DNA from: Camelus ferus
Taxonomy: Eukaryota
DNA length: 64,000 nucleotides
Reading direction: 5' to 3'
NCBI RefSeq assembly: GCF_009834535.1
Contig: NC_045714.1
Location: 2,604,001 to 2,668,000 of the forward strand
The notes beneath the pieces are model-generated. The model saw only the letters and a list, made by a program, of their open reading frames with translations. It was not told the DNA's origin and searched no databases. Every line of letters begins with the position of its first letter. The first letter of the stretch is position 1. This document shows positions 36,801 through 64,000 of this stretch, piece after piece. The translations under genes and the position numbers were made by a program.

Positions 36801-38554
36801 TGAGATCTAAGGCCCTTCATGGTTCCAGGCCTAATTCCTCTCTAGGGTCCCCTGAGGGTGATCCACTAACTCTCCCTCACCACCCCTCTCTCCTCCTCTT
36901 CCCCCTCCATCTCTCTCCCTCTTCCTCCTCAGTCAGCACCCCCAAGGCCAGGAAGAAGTAGCTGCTGGGCCACCAGGGCTGGGGCAGGGTAGGGAGGGGG
37001 TGATTTACCTCTGCGAACAAAGTAGCAGTGCAGGGAGTGCACGTGGACATCCTCACTCACAGACTTGGCTGCAGCCACCAGGGCCTGGCCCACGATCTGA
37101 CCCCCAAACAGCCGCTTGGTTGTAGGTACCCAGTAATGTGTTCCTCTGTAGGGAGAGAGAGAAAGCACGGAAGACTTGGGGGCTGGGCCAAATCCTGCAA
37201 CTATCAATGAGCCTCTAGTGCAGGATCTCAAAACCTGATTGGGGTCTGGGATCCTTCGAGAATCTGGTGAAAGCCATGGATCCTTTCTCCAGGCAGATTT
37301 CCTAACATCACTCTACATACAACTTCTTCAAAGCCTGAAGGATCGCCCAACCCTTCTGTGGATTTCACTTAAGGATAATGAACCAACTGTATATTTTACA
37401 CTAGGAGAACAGGGGATCAGACAGAGAAGTTGACTTGAGCAAGATCACACAGCTCAAATATTGCCATCCTGAGCAGCATCTGGATCTTTTGACCCCAAAT
37501 TCAGTGTTTCTTCCATTGCCTATAACAGGGTAAGGCAGAAACTTCTCGAGGCGTTGAGTAGACCAAGACAAACCACCAAAGCTGGGAGTCGACTGCATTA
37601 AGGCCTGCCACTATGTCCCTCAACTTCGACAGTACAGTTCTTCTAGGAACTAGATTGAGTTCAAAGGGTCCTCAGACTTCAAGTCTAACCCCTTCAGTGT
37701 ACAGATGAGGACACTGAGGCCCCCAAAGTGTAAAGTTTTGCCCAGTGCATGAGCCCTGTGGAGACTTAAGATTTAGGTTTCCAACTTCCCACTGCCCAGC
37801 CTAGCATTTTTTCATATAATGCATTGTAAATAGCTCTCCAGGGAGTTATTTGTAATTTGTTAAGAGGGGCGGGTGGGCAGGGAAGACAAGTTAATGCCTA
37901 AAATAGCTTCCAATCAGCCAGGAGGGGCCTTGGAAGCCCAAACTGTTAAATCTCCAGCAGTCAAGAATTTAAGTGGCATCAGGAAGGAAACTGGCACAGG
38001 GCTCAGAATGAATAAAGACCTACTAGACCCCCACCTAGTGGTGGTGGGGATGGGGTATATAAGAGAAAATGACAGTGAATATGCAATGAACTGCAGATAA
38101 GTTTGTGCCCTTGGACAAATCACTGTCCTTTGGAGCTGGCTCCCCCAGGGACGTGACTCCTCAAGGGAGTCTGCTGAGGATATCTTAGATTACCCCTTTA
38201 TTTGCCCAGATTGCCGGGACCTCCTAGGGATGGGATATGCAGACCACTGCGCCGAGGAGGAAGCCGGGCCAGCTATGTCAGGCACAAGTTCCCTCCCAAT
38301 CGCGGCAGAGGGATCCCGCGCAGAGCCCATCCTCATCCTGGGCGCTACAAGAAGGGGCAACGAGGTGGCGGCAGTCAAGATCAGAAGCCTCCGTCCCAGT
38401 AGGGGGTAGTCCGCGGACCAGATGCAGCCGGCTACCTGAAGAGATCCTCATCCAGCAGCTCGAGGTTGAGCACGCTAGTGACCAGGACGCTGCGAAGGTC
38501 CCTGGGAGGATCGCCGTCGCCCTGTCCGTCCTCTGGAGCCCGCGGGGACGACAT
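27841..38554 (-). CDS. ACOT8: Peroxisomal acyl-CoA thioesterase 8 (TesB/double hotdog family), 317 aa; exons 38436-38554, 37009-37145, 32123-32348, 30057-30214, 29346-29540, 27841-27959
   Basis: MSSPRAPEDGQGDGDPPRDLRSVLVTSVLNLELLDEDLFR-GTHYWVPTTKRLFGGQIVGQAL...-GDPKVPVLYQVERTRTG...-...HCCVAAYISDYAFLGTAL...SLDHSMWFH...-GSRGLVQGRLWRQDGVLAVTCAQEGVIRVTPQGSKSKL*. TesB motifs (FGGQ, SLDH, QEG) and C-terminal PTS1 SKL. Total 954 nt. Confidence 0.96.
28815..28985. mobile_element. MER5A-like remnant
   Basis: AGAATCACTCAGGGAGCTTCTTAAAAAT..GAGTCAGAATCTTGGGGGT..AAAAAGCTCTCCCAAGT. Confidence 0.5.
30888..31085. mobile_element. MER3-like hAT-Charlie DNA transposon remnant
   Basis: AGAACCTTCTGTGATGATGGAA..TGTCCACTATGGTAGCCACTAGCAGCATGTGGCT..GTGACTGAGGAA..TAGCCACCTATGGTTAGTGGCT. 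Confidence 0.6.
32162..32293. other. N-run, 132 nt, inside ACOT8 exon 3
   Basis: Run of N; reading frame is continuous across it. Confidence 0.99.
32932..33425 (-). mobile_element. Old ERV LTR (MER-type, subfamily not assigned) in ACOT8 intron 2
   Basis: Recognisable LTR consensus text (TATAGCAAGGGAGTCA-like, TTGGCAGAGACTC, GTTGGTCCTAAGTTGGAAGC, GCTGTCAGTTATTAATCAAGTCC), ending ATATTCATTCTCTCA. Confidence 0.5.
34178..34528 (-). mobile_element. ERV1-like solo LTR (351 bp) in ACOT8 intron 2
   Basis: TGT...ACA termini with a near-match 4-bp TSD GTCA/GTTA; on the - strand CCAAT (34394-34398) precedes AATAAA (34228-34233). Confidence 0.6.
35205..35348 (-). mobile_element. L1 3' UTR fragment
   Basis: CCATTATAGGTTATTATAAGATATTCAATATAATTCTCTGTGCTATACAGTAAATCCTTGTTG is the reverse of the L1 terminus seen at 10100-10330. 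Confidence 0.7.
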
Positions 38555-52314
<13,760 letters not shown>

Positions 52315-53699
52315 AACACTTGCACTGGGTCACTAACCCCTCTCCTTGGAAGTCTGAGAGGTCATAGTGGGCAGGACATGCAAGGGGTTAGCATTTTAAC
52401 CAATGTCTTCCTAGGTGGGGTTCGGAAAATCGTTACAGTGGGAAGAAGAGGAACCTCACTGTGTGACAGTCCTTTGAATCTACCCCCTTTCTGCCCTACC
52501 TTTGGCTTTCCTTGGGAGCCTCATTTATTGTTCAAGGCCAAAGTTATCTCCATGCTGAAAGGTCATGCCTCTTTCTCCCTCAACCCCTGAGGTCTGGTCT
52601 TACCACTTTACAGAGATGAAACCTTGCCCCCAGGATATTATCAGGAGAGATAAGATTCACCTGGGAAAAGGGCCAGTTTGCAGGGACAAAGGGAAGGAGG
52701 GTGATCCTTGGCTGTTGTTGCTGCTCTTTACAAAGAATTTGTTATTTGTATTTATTTTTATTCATATTAAAGTTTTCGTTTTGTTTTGTTTTTTTAAATA
52801 AAATAAAATAAGCAGGGAAAATGTGTGCTGCTTGGACAGGGAAGGAACTAATGGGGGTTGTGGATCCTAATAGAACCTGATGTCTGAAATCCAGTGATTA
52901 GCAGTCTGCCCAGTACTTCATCCTCTTCCTCCACCAAGCCTTCAACATTGACCTTAGGCTGCCTCATATTCTGGCAGGAAGAAGCCAGGTAGTTTGGGAG
53001 GGAAGAAACCTGAGTCCGAAACAACAGCCAGCAACTTGCTCAGGGCCTGTCAGCAAGCCCCTAATTTCTTTGACCCCAGTTTCCTCATCTGTAAAAATTA
53101 GTTGGCCTGTTCTAATTCCAGTTTCCCCTCTAGATTCAATGCAGTTTTAAGCACCAACACTGACTTTTGTTGTTGTTGCTAGTTTGTAATCTGAATCAGG
53201 TGAAGCCTGGTAGCCACCCAGCTTGCTAGGAGCCATCTTCGGGGCAACCAAGATCAAAAGATAGTAGTCAGGCTTGGTTCTTGCACTAGTTCACCATGAC
53301 CTTAAATGGTCACAGAGCCGTTCTGGATCTCTCTCTCGCTCTCCTGTAAAATACTAGAGGGGGCTGAGCTGAGGTTCTGCGCTCTCAAGGAGATCTGGAG
53401 CTCCTCAATTCCAAGGGCTGGGCCCCTTGACCCTTTTGGAGAGGCATAATTTTGTTCTGGGCCTCTGTTGCCCCATAAGGCAGAAGATACAGTACAATTA
53501 CAGACACCCCTTCCTATCCCTTGGGCTTTGGAATTTGACCGAAAAAGAAAAAAAAAATCCGTGAAACACCGATATTTATTTTCTTTTTTCCTTTTTGGCT
53601 GAGGGGGTTTCCATAATAACGTGCTCTTCTCAGGTGTTAGGCTCCAGAGTTTCAGCCTCAGGGCTCAGACTCCCCTGGATTCAAGTGTCGTCAGGCCTT

Positions 53700-53927
53700 C
53701 ATTGGTTGCCGCCAGCCGAGCCCCCTCGTAACCCTGGTAACAGTGCCCGCCTACGAGCCGCCGGGCTACGATTGGTCGGCCCTCTAAAGACCGAAAGCGA
53801 ACGCCTCAGGCCATTGGCCCGAGTCACGGCGAAGCTGGCGCCGCGGTTGGTGAGCCTAGAGGTCAGTCAGAGTCAGAGACAGGGTCAAATAGGGAGAAAT
53901 GGCGACGGAGCCAAGGTGTGGGTGAGT
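53700..53927 (+). promoter_or_regulatory. ZSWIM1 CpG promoter and non-coding first exon
   Basis: CpG-rich; ATTGG 53771 and 53813; YY1-like AAATGGCG 53897; donor candidates gtgagc 53850 and gtgagt 53922; matching acceptor ctccatag ending 54762. Confidence 0.6.
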
Positions 53928-54890
53928 AATTTCTGAAGGGGTGGAGGTGTGAGGCAGCTGGTAACCGCAGTCACCATGACACAGTTCCCATAGGGTTGGG
54001 AGGTTGACTTCTCTTCTGGCTCCGGGCAGACTCCAAATGGGAACGTCAGACAGCCGCATCCTCCCACCCAGGTTAGAGGTGAGAGGTCAGAGGCGGCGTC
54101 CCTTCTCTGTTCCCAGTTTTTGGACTTCAGGTACTGTGGAAAGCAGTCAGGAGCCCAAGCCAAAGACTCAGCTTCCAGCTACTTACAGAGTAATGGTGGG
54201 CAAGTCACTTAACCTCTTTGAGCCTCAGTTTCTCATCTGTAAAGTGGGGACAATAACCTGGTTTGGGGGCTACATAGAGGAAACATTTGAACAAAGTATT
54301 GCAGTTAATAGAGGGATTTACGTAGAGGTTGGAGAGGCTATGCACATTTGTTAAACCTATTTTATGGCTAAAGGGATTGAGGTTCAGAGGGTGTCACTGA
54401 CTTGCCTAAGATCACACAGCAAATCAGGGGCAATTGCAGTTCTCTTGTATATAGTATACCAGGACCAAATGAAAGGATGGATGCCAAAAAGTAATTTGTA
54501 AATATAAAGTGCTATACAAATATTTTAAATGCTCTTCAAGGAGGAAAAATAAAGGTCACTCTGGCCTTCCCATCCATTTAAATCTCATGGAACCAAGTTA
54601 TTGCCAGACTTCACTATCTGATATATCCTTGTTCATTTACGTGTTTATTGTGTATCCCCCAGAACAGTGCTGATACATAGTAAGCAATAAAATGTTGTCT
54701 GGATGAATAATTGAAGAGCCAAGCCTCTTCTGTCTGCTTAAAACTTCTGTTCTTCTCCATAGGCCCATCTTTGGAACAAGATCTGAGAACTACAGCCCAG
54801 CCTCAAGCCTCAACTTAGTTGGAGTTTGAAAGACTGAGAGCCTTCTGTATAGCAGCCTCACATTGAAGATATTTTGACCTTGGCGTCTAG

Positions 54891-56279
<1,389 letters not shown>

Positions 56280-56454
56280 TTACCCTCAGCACCCGGAGAA
56301 ATTCATACAGATGTATGTACACACGTCCACATCCACCCCTGCACCCCCCCACACACACACTCACACTGTACTTCCACCGGCCCTCCTTCCAGGAAAGGAG
56401 GACAAGGGTCTTCTATTCTGCAGCCTGCTCCCTAAAATATGTCTAGTTCCCTAA

Positions 56455-56665
56455 GACAGGAGTCAGCAAACCGTTCCTGTAGAGGGCCTGAGAGGAAATA
56501 TTCTAGACTTTGCTGGTCATGTACAGCCTCTGTTGTATATTCCTGGTTCTTTTGTTTTGTTTTGTTTTTATGGGTTTGCTTTGTTTTTTTTTAAACAACC
56601 TTTTCAAAAGGTAAAAACCATTTTTAGCTCAAGGGCCTTACAAAAACAGATGACCCCTGCTCTAA
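56455..56665. mobile_element. MER58-like remnant in the ZSWIM1 3' region
   Basis: GGAGTCAGCAAAC..TTCCTGTAGAGGGCC..AAATATTCTAGACTTTGCTGGTCAT..AAAAACCATTTTTAGCTCAAGGGCCTTACAAAAACAG. Confidence 0.55.
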
Positions 56666-57508
56666 GAGAAAAGATAAGACACTGGGTGGAGATCAAGGGT
56701 TGGGGCTTGGTAACAGCTTCCCCAGTCGGGAGATGACATCTGACCCACAGAGGAGAGGCCCCTCAGAGGCAGTGGCTCATCCAGGCTCCCAGCCTCACCA
56801 CCCCGCCCCACCCCGCCCCATCCTGAAGTCATTAAAGTTGAATGTTGCCTGTTCTAGCATTCGTCTAGTTTTGTCCTGTAGAAGGCAGTTTAGGAAATAG
56901 TATGGAAAGAATAGACTTTGGCGTCTGACATTACATCCTGGTTTCTTCCCAGCCTGATTTGTGAGGCCGGGTTCTGCTTTGTCCTAGCTATGGGACTCCA
57001 GGCAAATCACCTCTCTAAGCCTCAACTTGTTCACCTGTGAAAACAGAGACCCCTACGGTTGGTAGGATTAAAGGAGACTGGGCCTGTAATGGGCCCAATG
57101 CCAGTTGGTGCTCAAATAAGTTAATTTTCCTTCTTTGCCTGTGGTCCCATGACCTGCCCTCAGCAGGCTGAGAAACTTAAGGTAAGAGGAAAATTCACAC
57201 TGCCTGGGACTTCACACAAGAACTTTTGACTCAGTACCAAAACAATACAAAAGAAGCCTCCCCTCTCTCAGCAGGGCACCCAGCCTCAGGTAATTAATTT
57301 TCATGGTCACTACTCTGACAAGACCTGTCTCCTGGCTTCATGGTTTCTGGATGTTTCTTGGAGTCTGGGCCCTGATGTAGGACTGGTGTTCATCAGAGTG
57401 GCTCCAACCACCACCCTATCCCCATCCCTGCCATAGGCACCTCCAACCCTGCCTGCCCAAAAATCATACAGAGAAGCCACCCTGTGTGTCTGGTGCTATT
57501 TCATCCAG

Positions 57509-58586
57509 CTACAAGCAGGCGCCAGGAGGCTGGTCCCTCCTGGATCTCACTAGGGCCATCGGCCCAGGGGCTGTGTGGGTGTGCGCCTGCTCCCACCGCA
57601 CCCCCTCCACAGGCCCTTCGGGTTCCGGATGGGCCATCATGAAAGCTTGAGCCGCCCGGATCAGGTCCTCTTCCCGGAGGCCTGGGACAGGCACAGTGGG
57701 GATGCCAGCGATCATCATGGCCAGGGTAAGGATGCAGATGTCAGGCTGGGAGCTGGCCTCCTTCCCCCCTGCCTCAGAGGGCATTGGCAGAGCACCTGGC
57801 GGCAGCCCACATAGCAGAAGGGGCCCAGGCCTGCTGGGGTCAGCCAGGCGGGGAGCTCTGCCCCTGGACCTGCCATCCTCCCAGCCCAAGCTCTCCGGCT
57901 GCCTCGCGTGGGGAAATTTGTGGCAGTATCGGCCGTATTCCTTCTGCTGCAGTGTCTCCCAGCTAGCCCCCCCAGGGCAGCCTCTGGCTTCCAGCACTGC
58001 CAGGGCTGGGCCCCAGGCTGGGGCAGCAGGTACCACCTGCTCAGCTTTCTGGCTCAGTGGGCCTTGTCCACCAGAGGTCACCACCACTGGCTCTACAGGA
58101 CTATAGAGGCCCAGGGATGAGCCCGGAGAAGCAGCCCCACCTGCAGAGACAGGAATGAGATGGCATGTTATTCTGGATCTCTTTGAGGAGGGGGCCCTGA
58201 GGGGCAGGGCACAGGAGCAGAGCATTGGGAACTGAAGCAATTAAGACCAGCCCAAGAGGGCTGTTTAGTGGTTGGGAACTAGGTTTTACTCTATCCACAC
58301 CACAAGTCAGTCCCTAAGGCAGGTAGCTGATGGAGAAGTGTTCGGTGAATGAATGAATGAATGAGAAAGTGGGGAGCTATTGGCAGGGACTTTGGAATGG
58401 CTTGTCTTTGAAGAGAAATGACTCCAGGGCCAGCCCCAAAATGCCCAGCAGAACCTCCATCTCCCCCGAGCCAGGAAGAAGTTCTCAGGGGAAGTTGTAG
58501 TACACCCTCCAGCCCAGGAGTCCCCTCTCACCTTGGCCAGAAGGCAGAAGAGCTGGATGAGTTTGTGGAGACACGAAATAGGACAT
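57509..58586 (-). CDS. SPATA25: Spermatogenesis-associated protein 25, 228 aa; exons 58532-58586 and 57509-58140
   Basis: [19 protein letters not shown]|[20 protein letters not shown]...[25 protein letters not shown]...[10 protein letters not shown]; phase-1 GT-AG intron; syntenic between ZSWIM1 and NEURL2. Confidence 0.92.
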
Positions 58587-59074
58587 GGCTGCCCCAAAGC
58601 TCCTGTTTGTGAGGGAACAGTCTGCCTCTTGTCCTACCTTCTCCACCCTTCCAGAATGTTACCTCATAGTCCCTCCCTTTTACACCTGGAACCCACCTCA
58701 CAGAATTGCCTGTTCATTCTAGAACCTATATATGACAATGGGTGGGGTTAAAAGAGTGCTGGACCAGGACCTGGGCATTCTAGGTTCTTGCCTTTACCTC
58801 GGGCAAGTCACCTGGACAGTTTTATTCCTTGATGTCCTTGTCTGTAAGATGAGGGTAGTGACTGCCCACTACCTCACCAGAAGTTATGAGGATCGAATGA
58901 AATCCTTTGTATGGAAGCAAGTGATTAGAGATACAAATAAAGGAGCCTAGTGCTTTGTGCCCTGTATTGTGAGAAGGAATATTCTGCATTCATTCATTTG
59001 CTGTGTGACCTTGGACAAATACATTCCCATCTCTGGGCATCAGTTACCAATCCATGAAATGAAGTAGTTGGTCT

Positions 59075-59432
59075 AGGGCACTGGTTCTCACACTGGGCTG
59101 CAAGTTAGATTCTCTTGGGAGCTTTTAGAAATCCTGATGCCCAGCCTTATCCCAGAACATTTAAATCAGAATCCCAGGGGCAGACCCAGTTATCAGTATT
59201 TTTCAAAGTTCCTCAAGTGGTTATAATGTGTGCCAAAGTTGAGATCTTGTTCTAGGGACATGCTTCTCAACCCTGGCTGTACCTTAGACTTTCTAGGGGA
59301 GCTTTTACAAAAACAACGTCTAGCCCTAATTCTTCAGTAAATCAAATGATAATCTCTGGAGATGGGATCCGGGGCATCAGCACTCTAAGTATCCCAGATA
59401 ATGAGTAGCGAGGCTAGGAACCCCTGGTCTAA
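59075..59432. mobile_element. Two tandem MER5A-like hAT-Charlie remnants
   Basis: Two units starting CTAGGGCACTGGTTCTCA / CTAGGGACATGCTTCTCAA with GGGAGCTTTT..AAA and AATCAGAATC motifs. Confidence 0.55.
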
Positions 59433-59553
59433 GTGATGTCAAAATGCTCTCTGTTGCTCTGACCTACTGACCCCTAGTATTGTAAAAGAAGTGCCTCTCA
59501 CAGGCTTCAAGGGCAAGGAGACCCTGCAAGGATCAGTGTCAGCATCGGCTGTG

Positions 59554-59559
59554 TTTATT
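59554..59559 (-). terminator. Polyadenylation signal of NEURL2
   Basis: TTTATT on +, 100 nt past the stop codon. Confidence 0.65.
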
Positions 59560-59658
59560 TCCATCCTGGCTGGTAGCAGTATGGCCAGCTTCAGACCAGC
59601 CACAGTGCTAGGGCCAGGAAGCATTCTTATGGCCCTGTTTCAGGGTGGCTGCAGGCCT

Positions 59659-61274
59659 TCACTCATACTTGCAGAAATCCTTAAGTCCTTTGGGCAGGTG
59701 GAGCCCATCAATGGCCAACCGGTGCACCACGCTCCTCTGGATCACCAGGCGGCACAGAGTCTGCAGGGATGGCACTGTGAAAAGAAAGCTGTCAAAGGCA
59801 AAATGAACAGGAGGGTGGGGGCTGAGGCTGAGGCCCCGAAGATCTAGGTCTTGGTCCCCTCCCTTTTGTTGTTAACTTGGGCAAGTCCCTTCTGGCCTCC
59901 AGGCTCAGCCTGGCACAGGGCTCTTCATGTAATTGAGATAAGCACCTCTTTTGCAACACGTTCATAATGCCGCAGCCCTGTTTCTTTGAGAGCAGCCCGC
60001 ATGCTCACTTAGCAGCTCCTGTGCGACCCCAACCTCCAGCACAGATCTGACACAGAGTGGATTCCAGTTCACTGAATTCATAAAATGTGATCATAGATAT
60101 AAATAAAGGGCTTAATAGGGCTATCATGGACCCGACCTCAGGATTAAGAAGCTCCCATCTGGGGTCAGTGATGCCTTCCAGCTGGTGTGCCCAAATCTAT
60201 GAGCATTTGTCTAATAAAAGAGCACATAATTCTCAAAGAGGACCAAAATTTAAAATCGGTTTAGAATCCATGCCCTAGGTTAATAAAGAGAATATTGGCA
60301 AAGCCAGAAGAGAAGTTAGAGGGCATCCTAATCAATCACAGCCAAGATGGGTAAATTGAGGTCCAGAGCCAGGGAGTGACTTGTCCAAGATCACAAGTAG
60401 AGGCAGAACCTGAAGTCAGATTCCCCAACTTCTACAGTAATGCTGGACAGACCAAGGCCTTGAGAGTTCTAGCAGGTTCCTGTCCAGTGGCTGGGCCAGA
60501 AGGGGTCGCTGCCCAGGGGGTGGGATACCTACAACCGTACTCGAGCTGGACCAGGCGCACGCTCTTGGTGGAGGCAAAGACGTCCACCACTGCGTAGAGG
60601 GGCTGGGTGGCTGGTAGCCCCCGGGCGCTGGGGCCCATGTCCTCGCCGTTGATGACAATGTGCATGTCAGCCGTGCCGTCTGGACGCGGGCAGAAGAGAA
60701 CGCCCAGACGGCTACGGCGCGCGGTCGGAGGCAGCACGTTCAGTTCATAGAGCTGGTCCAAGAGGTGGCTGTACAGCCCGGGCCGGCTGCGGCCCACCAG
60801 GCGGTCGCGGGGAATGCGATACTGCTCAATGCACAAATACGGTTCCATCAGAAGGGCTGGAGGTCGGCTGGGGGCCGCTGCCTCCGCCTCCGGGCGGCCT
60901 TCCCTGGGCACACGGTTGTGATGACGCGTGATGGCGAAGACCCAGGTGTGGCCGAGGCTGACCAAGTCGGGCAGCGAAAACTCGGGCACGATGGTCAGAC
61001 TGGCGGGGTCCAGAGCCGTTAGGCCGAGACGCAGGTGCCCGCACCAACCCAGCTCTTTCTCCTCGATCTCCACCAGGAATACCTGGCCGGGGGCCAGCGG
61101 CTCGCGACTGAAGCACACGCCGTGGGCGAAGCTCTCCACGCGAGTGGCCCGCGTCCCCGAGGGGTCCACGCGGATGTTGGCACCGTGCACTGGGTGGAAG
61201 CGGGTGGGAGGGGGCTCGGAGCGCACGGGTCCCCAGGGCGCACCCAGTTCCACAGGGTCGGAGACAGCAGCCAT
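59659..61274 (-). CDS. NEURL2: Neuralized-like protein 2 (Ozz; NHR domains plus SOCS box, Elongin-Cullin E3 adaptor), 285 aa; exons 60533-61274 and 59659-59774
   Basis: MAAVSDPVELGAPWGPVRSEPPPTRFHPVHGANIRVDPSGTRATRVESFAHGVCFSREPL...VQLEYG|LPSLQTLCRLVIQRSVVHRLAIDGLHLPKGLKDFCKYE*. The SOCS box (SLQTLCR...LPKGLKDF) occupies exon 2. Confidence 0.96.
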
Positions 61275-61639
61275 CTCCCGGCCATGAGGCAGGCCAGCCA
61301 GCGCCGGGGGCTATTTTGGGCAGCAGGCTCACAGGGTGACCACGTAAGGTATTGCCCCCCTGACTCCCTTCCCCGAGGCTCAGCCTGGGGGTCCTAGCGC
61401 CGCTGGCTCAGCCATCCAGCCTAGAACAGGGCGCCCGGGAGTCTGGGGGATCCTGGCCGTCCACACCTGGGTCATGTGATCGCCGGCTCGCGGGATACGA
61501 CCTGTGAGGCCTGCGGACCTTCACCCGGCTTGAACTGCCGCTGCCACCGCCCCCTCCTTGCGCCGGGTCCGCAGAGACCGCAGAAGGGCGGGAGGAAGAC
61601 TGTCACGTGACGCCATATCACACGTGACTCGGAATACAC
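61275..61639. promoter_or_regulatory. Bidirectional CpG promoter of NEURL2 and CTSA with CLEAR/E-box cluster
   Basis: Perfect palindrome GTCACGTGAC 61602-61611; second CACGTGAC 61621-61628; M-box TCATGTGA 61472-61479; start codons 365 bp apart. Confidence 0.8.
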
Positions 61640-63747
<2,108 letters not shown>

Positions 63748-63873
63748 TGAAGGTTGGGGCTGGGGTTGCCAGAAGGGTTTGGGGCTGAGTGGCTAAAGAA
63801 TAAATATCATAATTTAAAGGGACTAAGGAGAATTGCAGTATGGCACCAGGGCAGCTGGGTTAGGGACCTACCT

Positions 63874-64000
63874 ACCATGCCCTGGGGTATGTCTCTGTCC
63901 CCTGGGATCAGGTCCCCTGAGATCAGGCCCTGCTGGGAGGTGGAGATAAGGTACCACCATGTCCTGGGATATATGTCCTTGTCTCCTGGGATCAGGTCCC
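63874..64000 (+). repeat. Imperfect tandem repeat (period about 82-84 bp) in CTSA intron 7, cut by the window edge
   Basis: ACCATG(C/T)CCTGGG..TATGTC..TGTC(C/T)CCTGGGATCAGGTCCC occurs at 63874-63916 and 63956-64000, with a partial CTGAGATCAGGCCC between. Confidence 0.6.

Noticed and set aside
53005-53013. Perfect MEF3/SIX-like site GAAACCTGA between ZSWIM3 and ZSWIM1
   Set aside because: An isolated 9-mer without neighbouring muscle motifs; expected by chance in 64 kb.
58141-58240. ORF-track N-terminal extension of SPATA25
   Set aside because: Intronic; the true first exon is 58532-58586 with a phase-matched donor.
60432-60532. ORF-track C-terminus CRYPTPW... of NEURL2
   Set aside because: Read-through of the intron; splicing at 60533 to 59774 gives the SOCS box.
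60826-61332. 168-aa and other alternative-frame ORFs over NEURL2 exon 1
   Set aside because: GC-rich shadow ORFs with non-ATG starts or no domain. Only the ATG-initiated 61019-61285 frame is kept, as a regulatory uORF candidate.

Overview
Mammalian genomic DNA, syntenic with human 20q13.12. Four tRNA-derived SINEs resemble the camelid family and I noticed no ruminant Bov-tA or pig PRE-1 copies, so the source is probably a camelid (alpaca/llama/camel); this is inference. Gene order: 3' part of DNTTIP1 (+), UBE2C (+), TNNC2 (-), SNX21 (+), ACOT8 (-), ZSWIM3 (+), ZSWIM1 (+), SPATA25 (-), NEURL2 (-), 5' part of CTSA (+). I walked the exon boundaries by hand and all reading frames close correctly. 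Six 132-183 nt N-runs are present; three hide coding sequence (UBE2C, TNNC2, ACOT8). No prokaryotic-type system, CRISPR array, rRNA or true tRNA gene is visible. The best candidate for an under-described system is the tandem ZSWIM3/ZSWIM1 pair. Both look like domesticated Mutator (MULE) transposases sharing the same active-site substitutions, and only ZSWIM3 keeps a WRKY/GCM1-like zinc finger. Other points of interest: a frameshifting 11-nt microexon and a GC-AG intron in SNX21; a DR1 (PPRE-like) element in the ACOT8/ZSWIM3 bidirectional promoter; CLEAR boxes in the NEURL2/CTSA bidirectional promoter; candidate uORFs; and a strong orphan splice acceptor antisense to ACOT8. Comparisons with human or mouse proteins are from memory, not from a database search.
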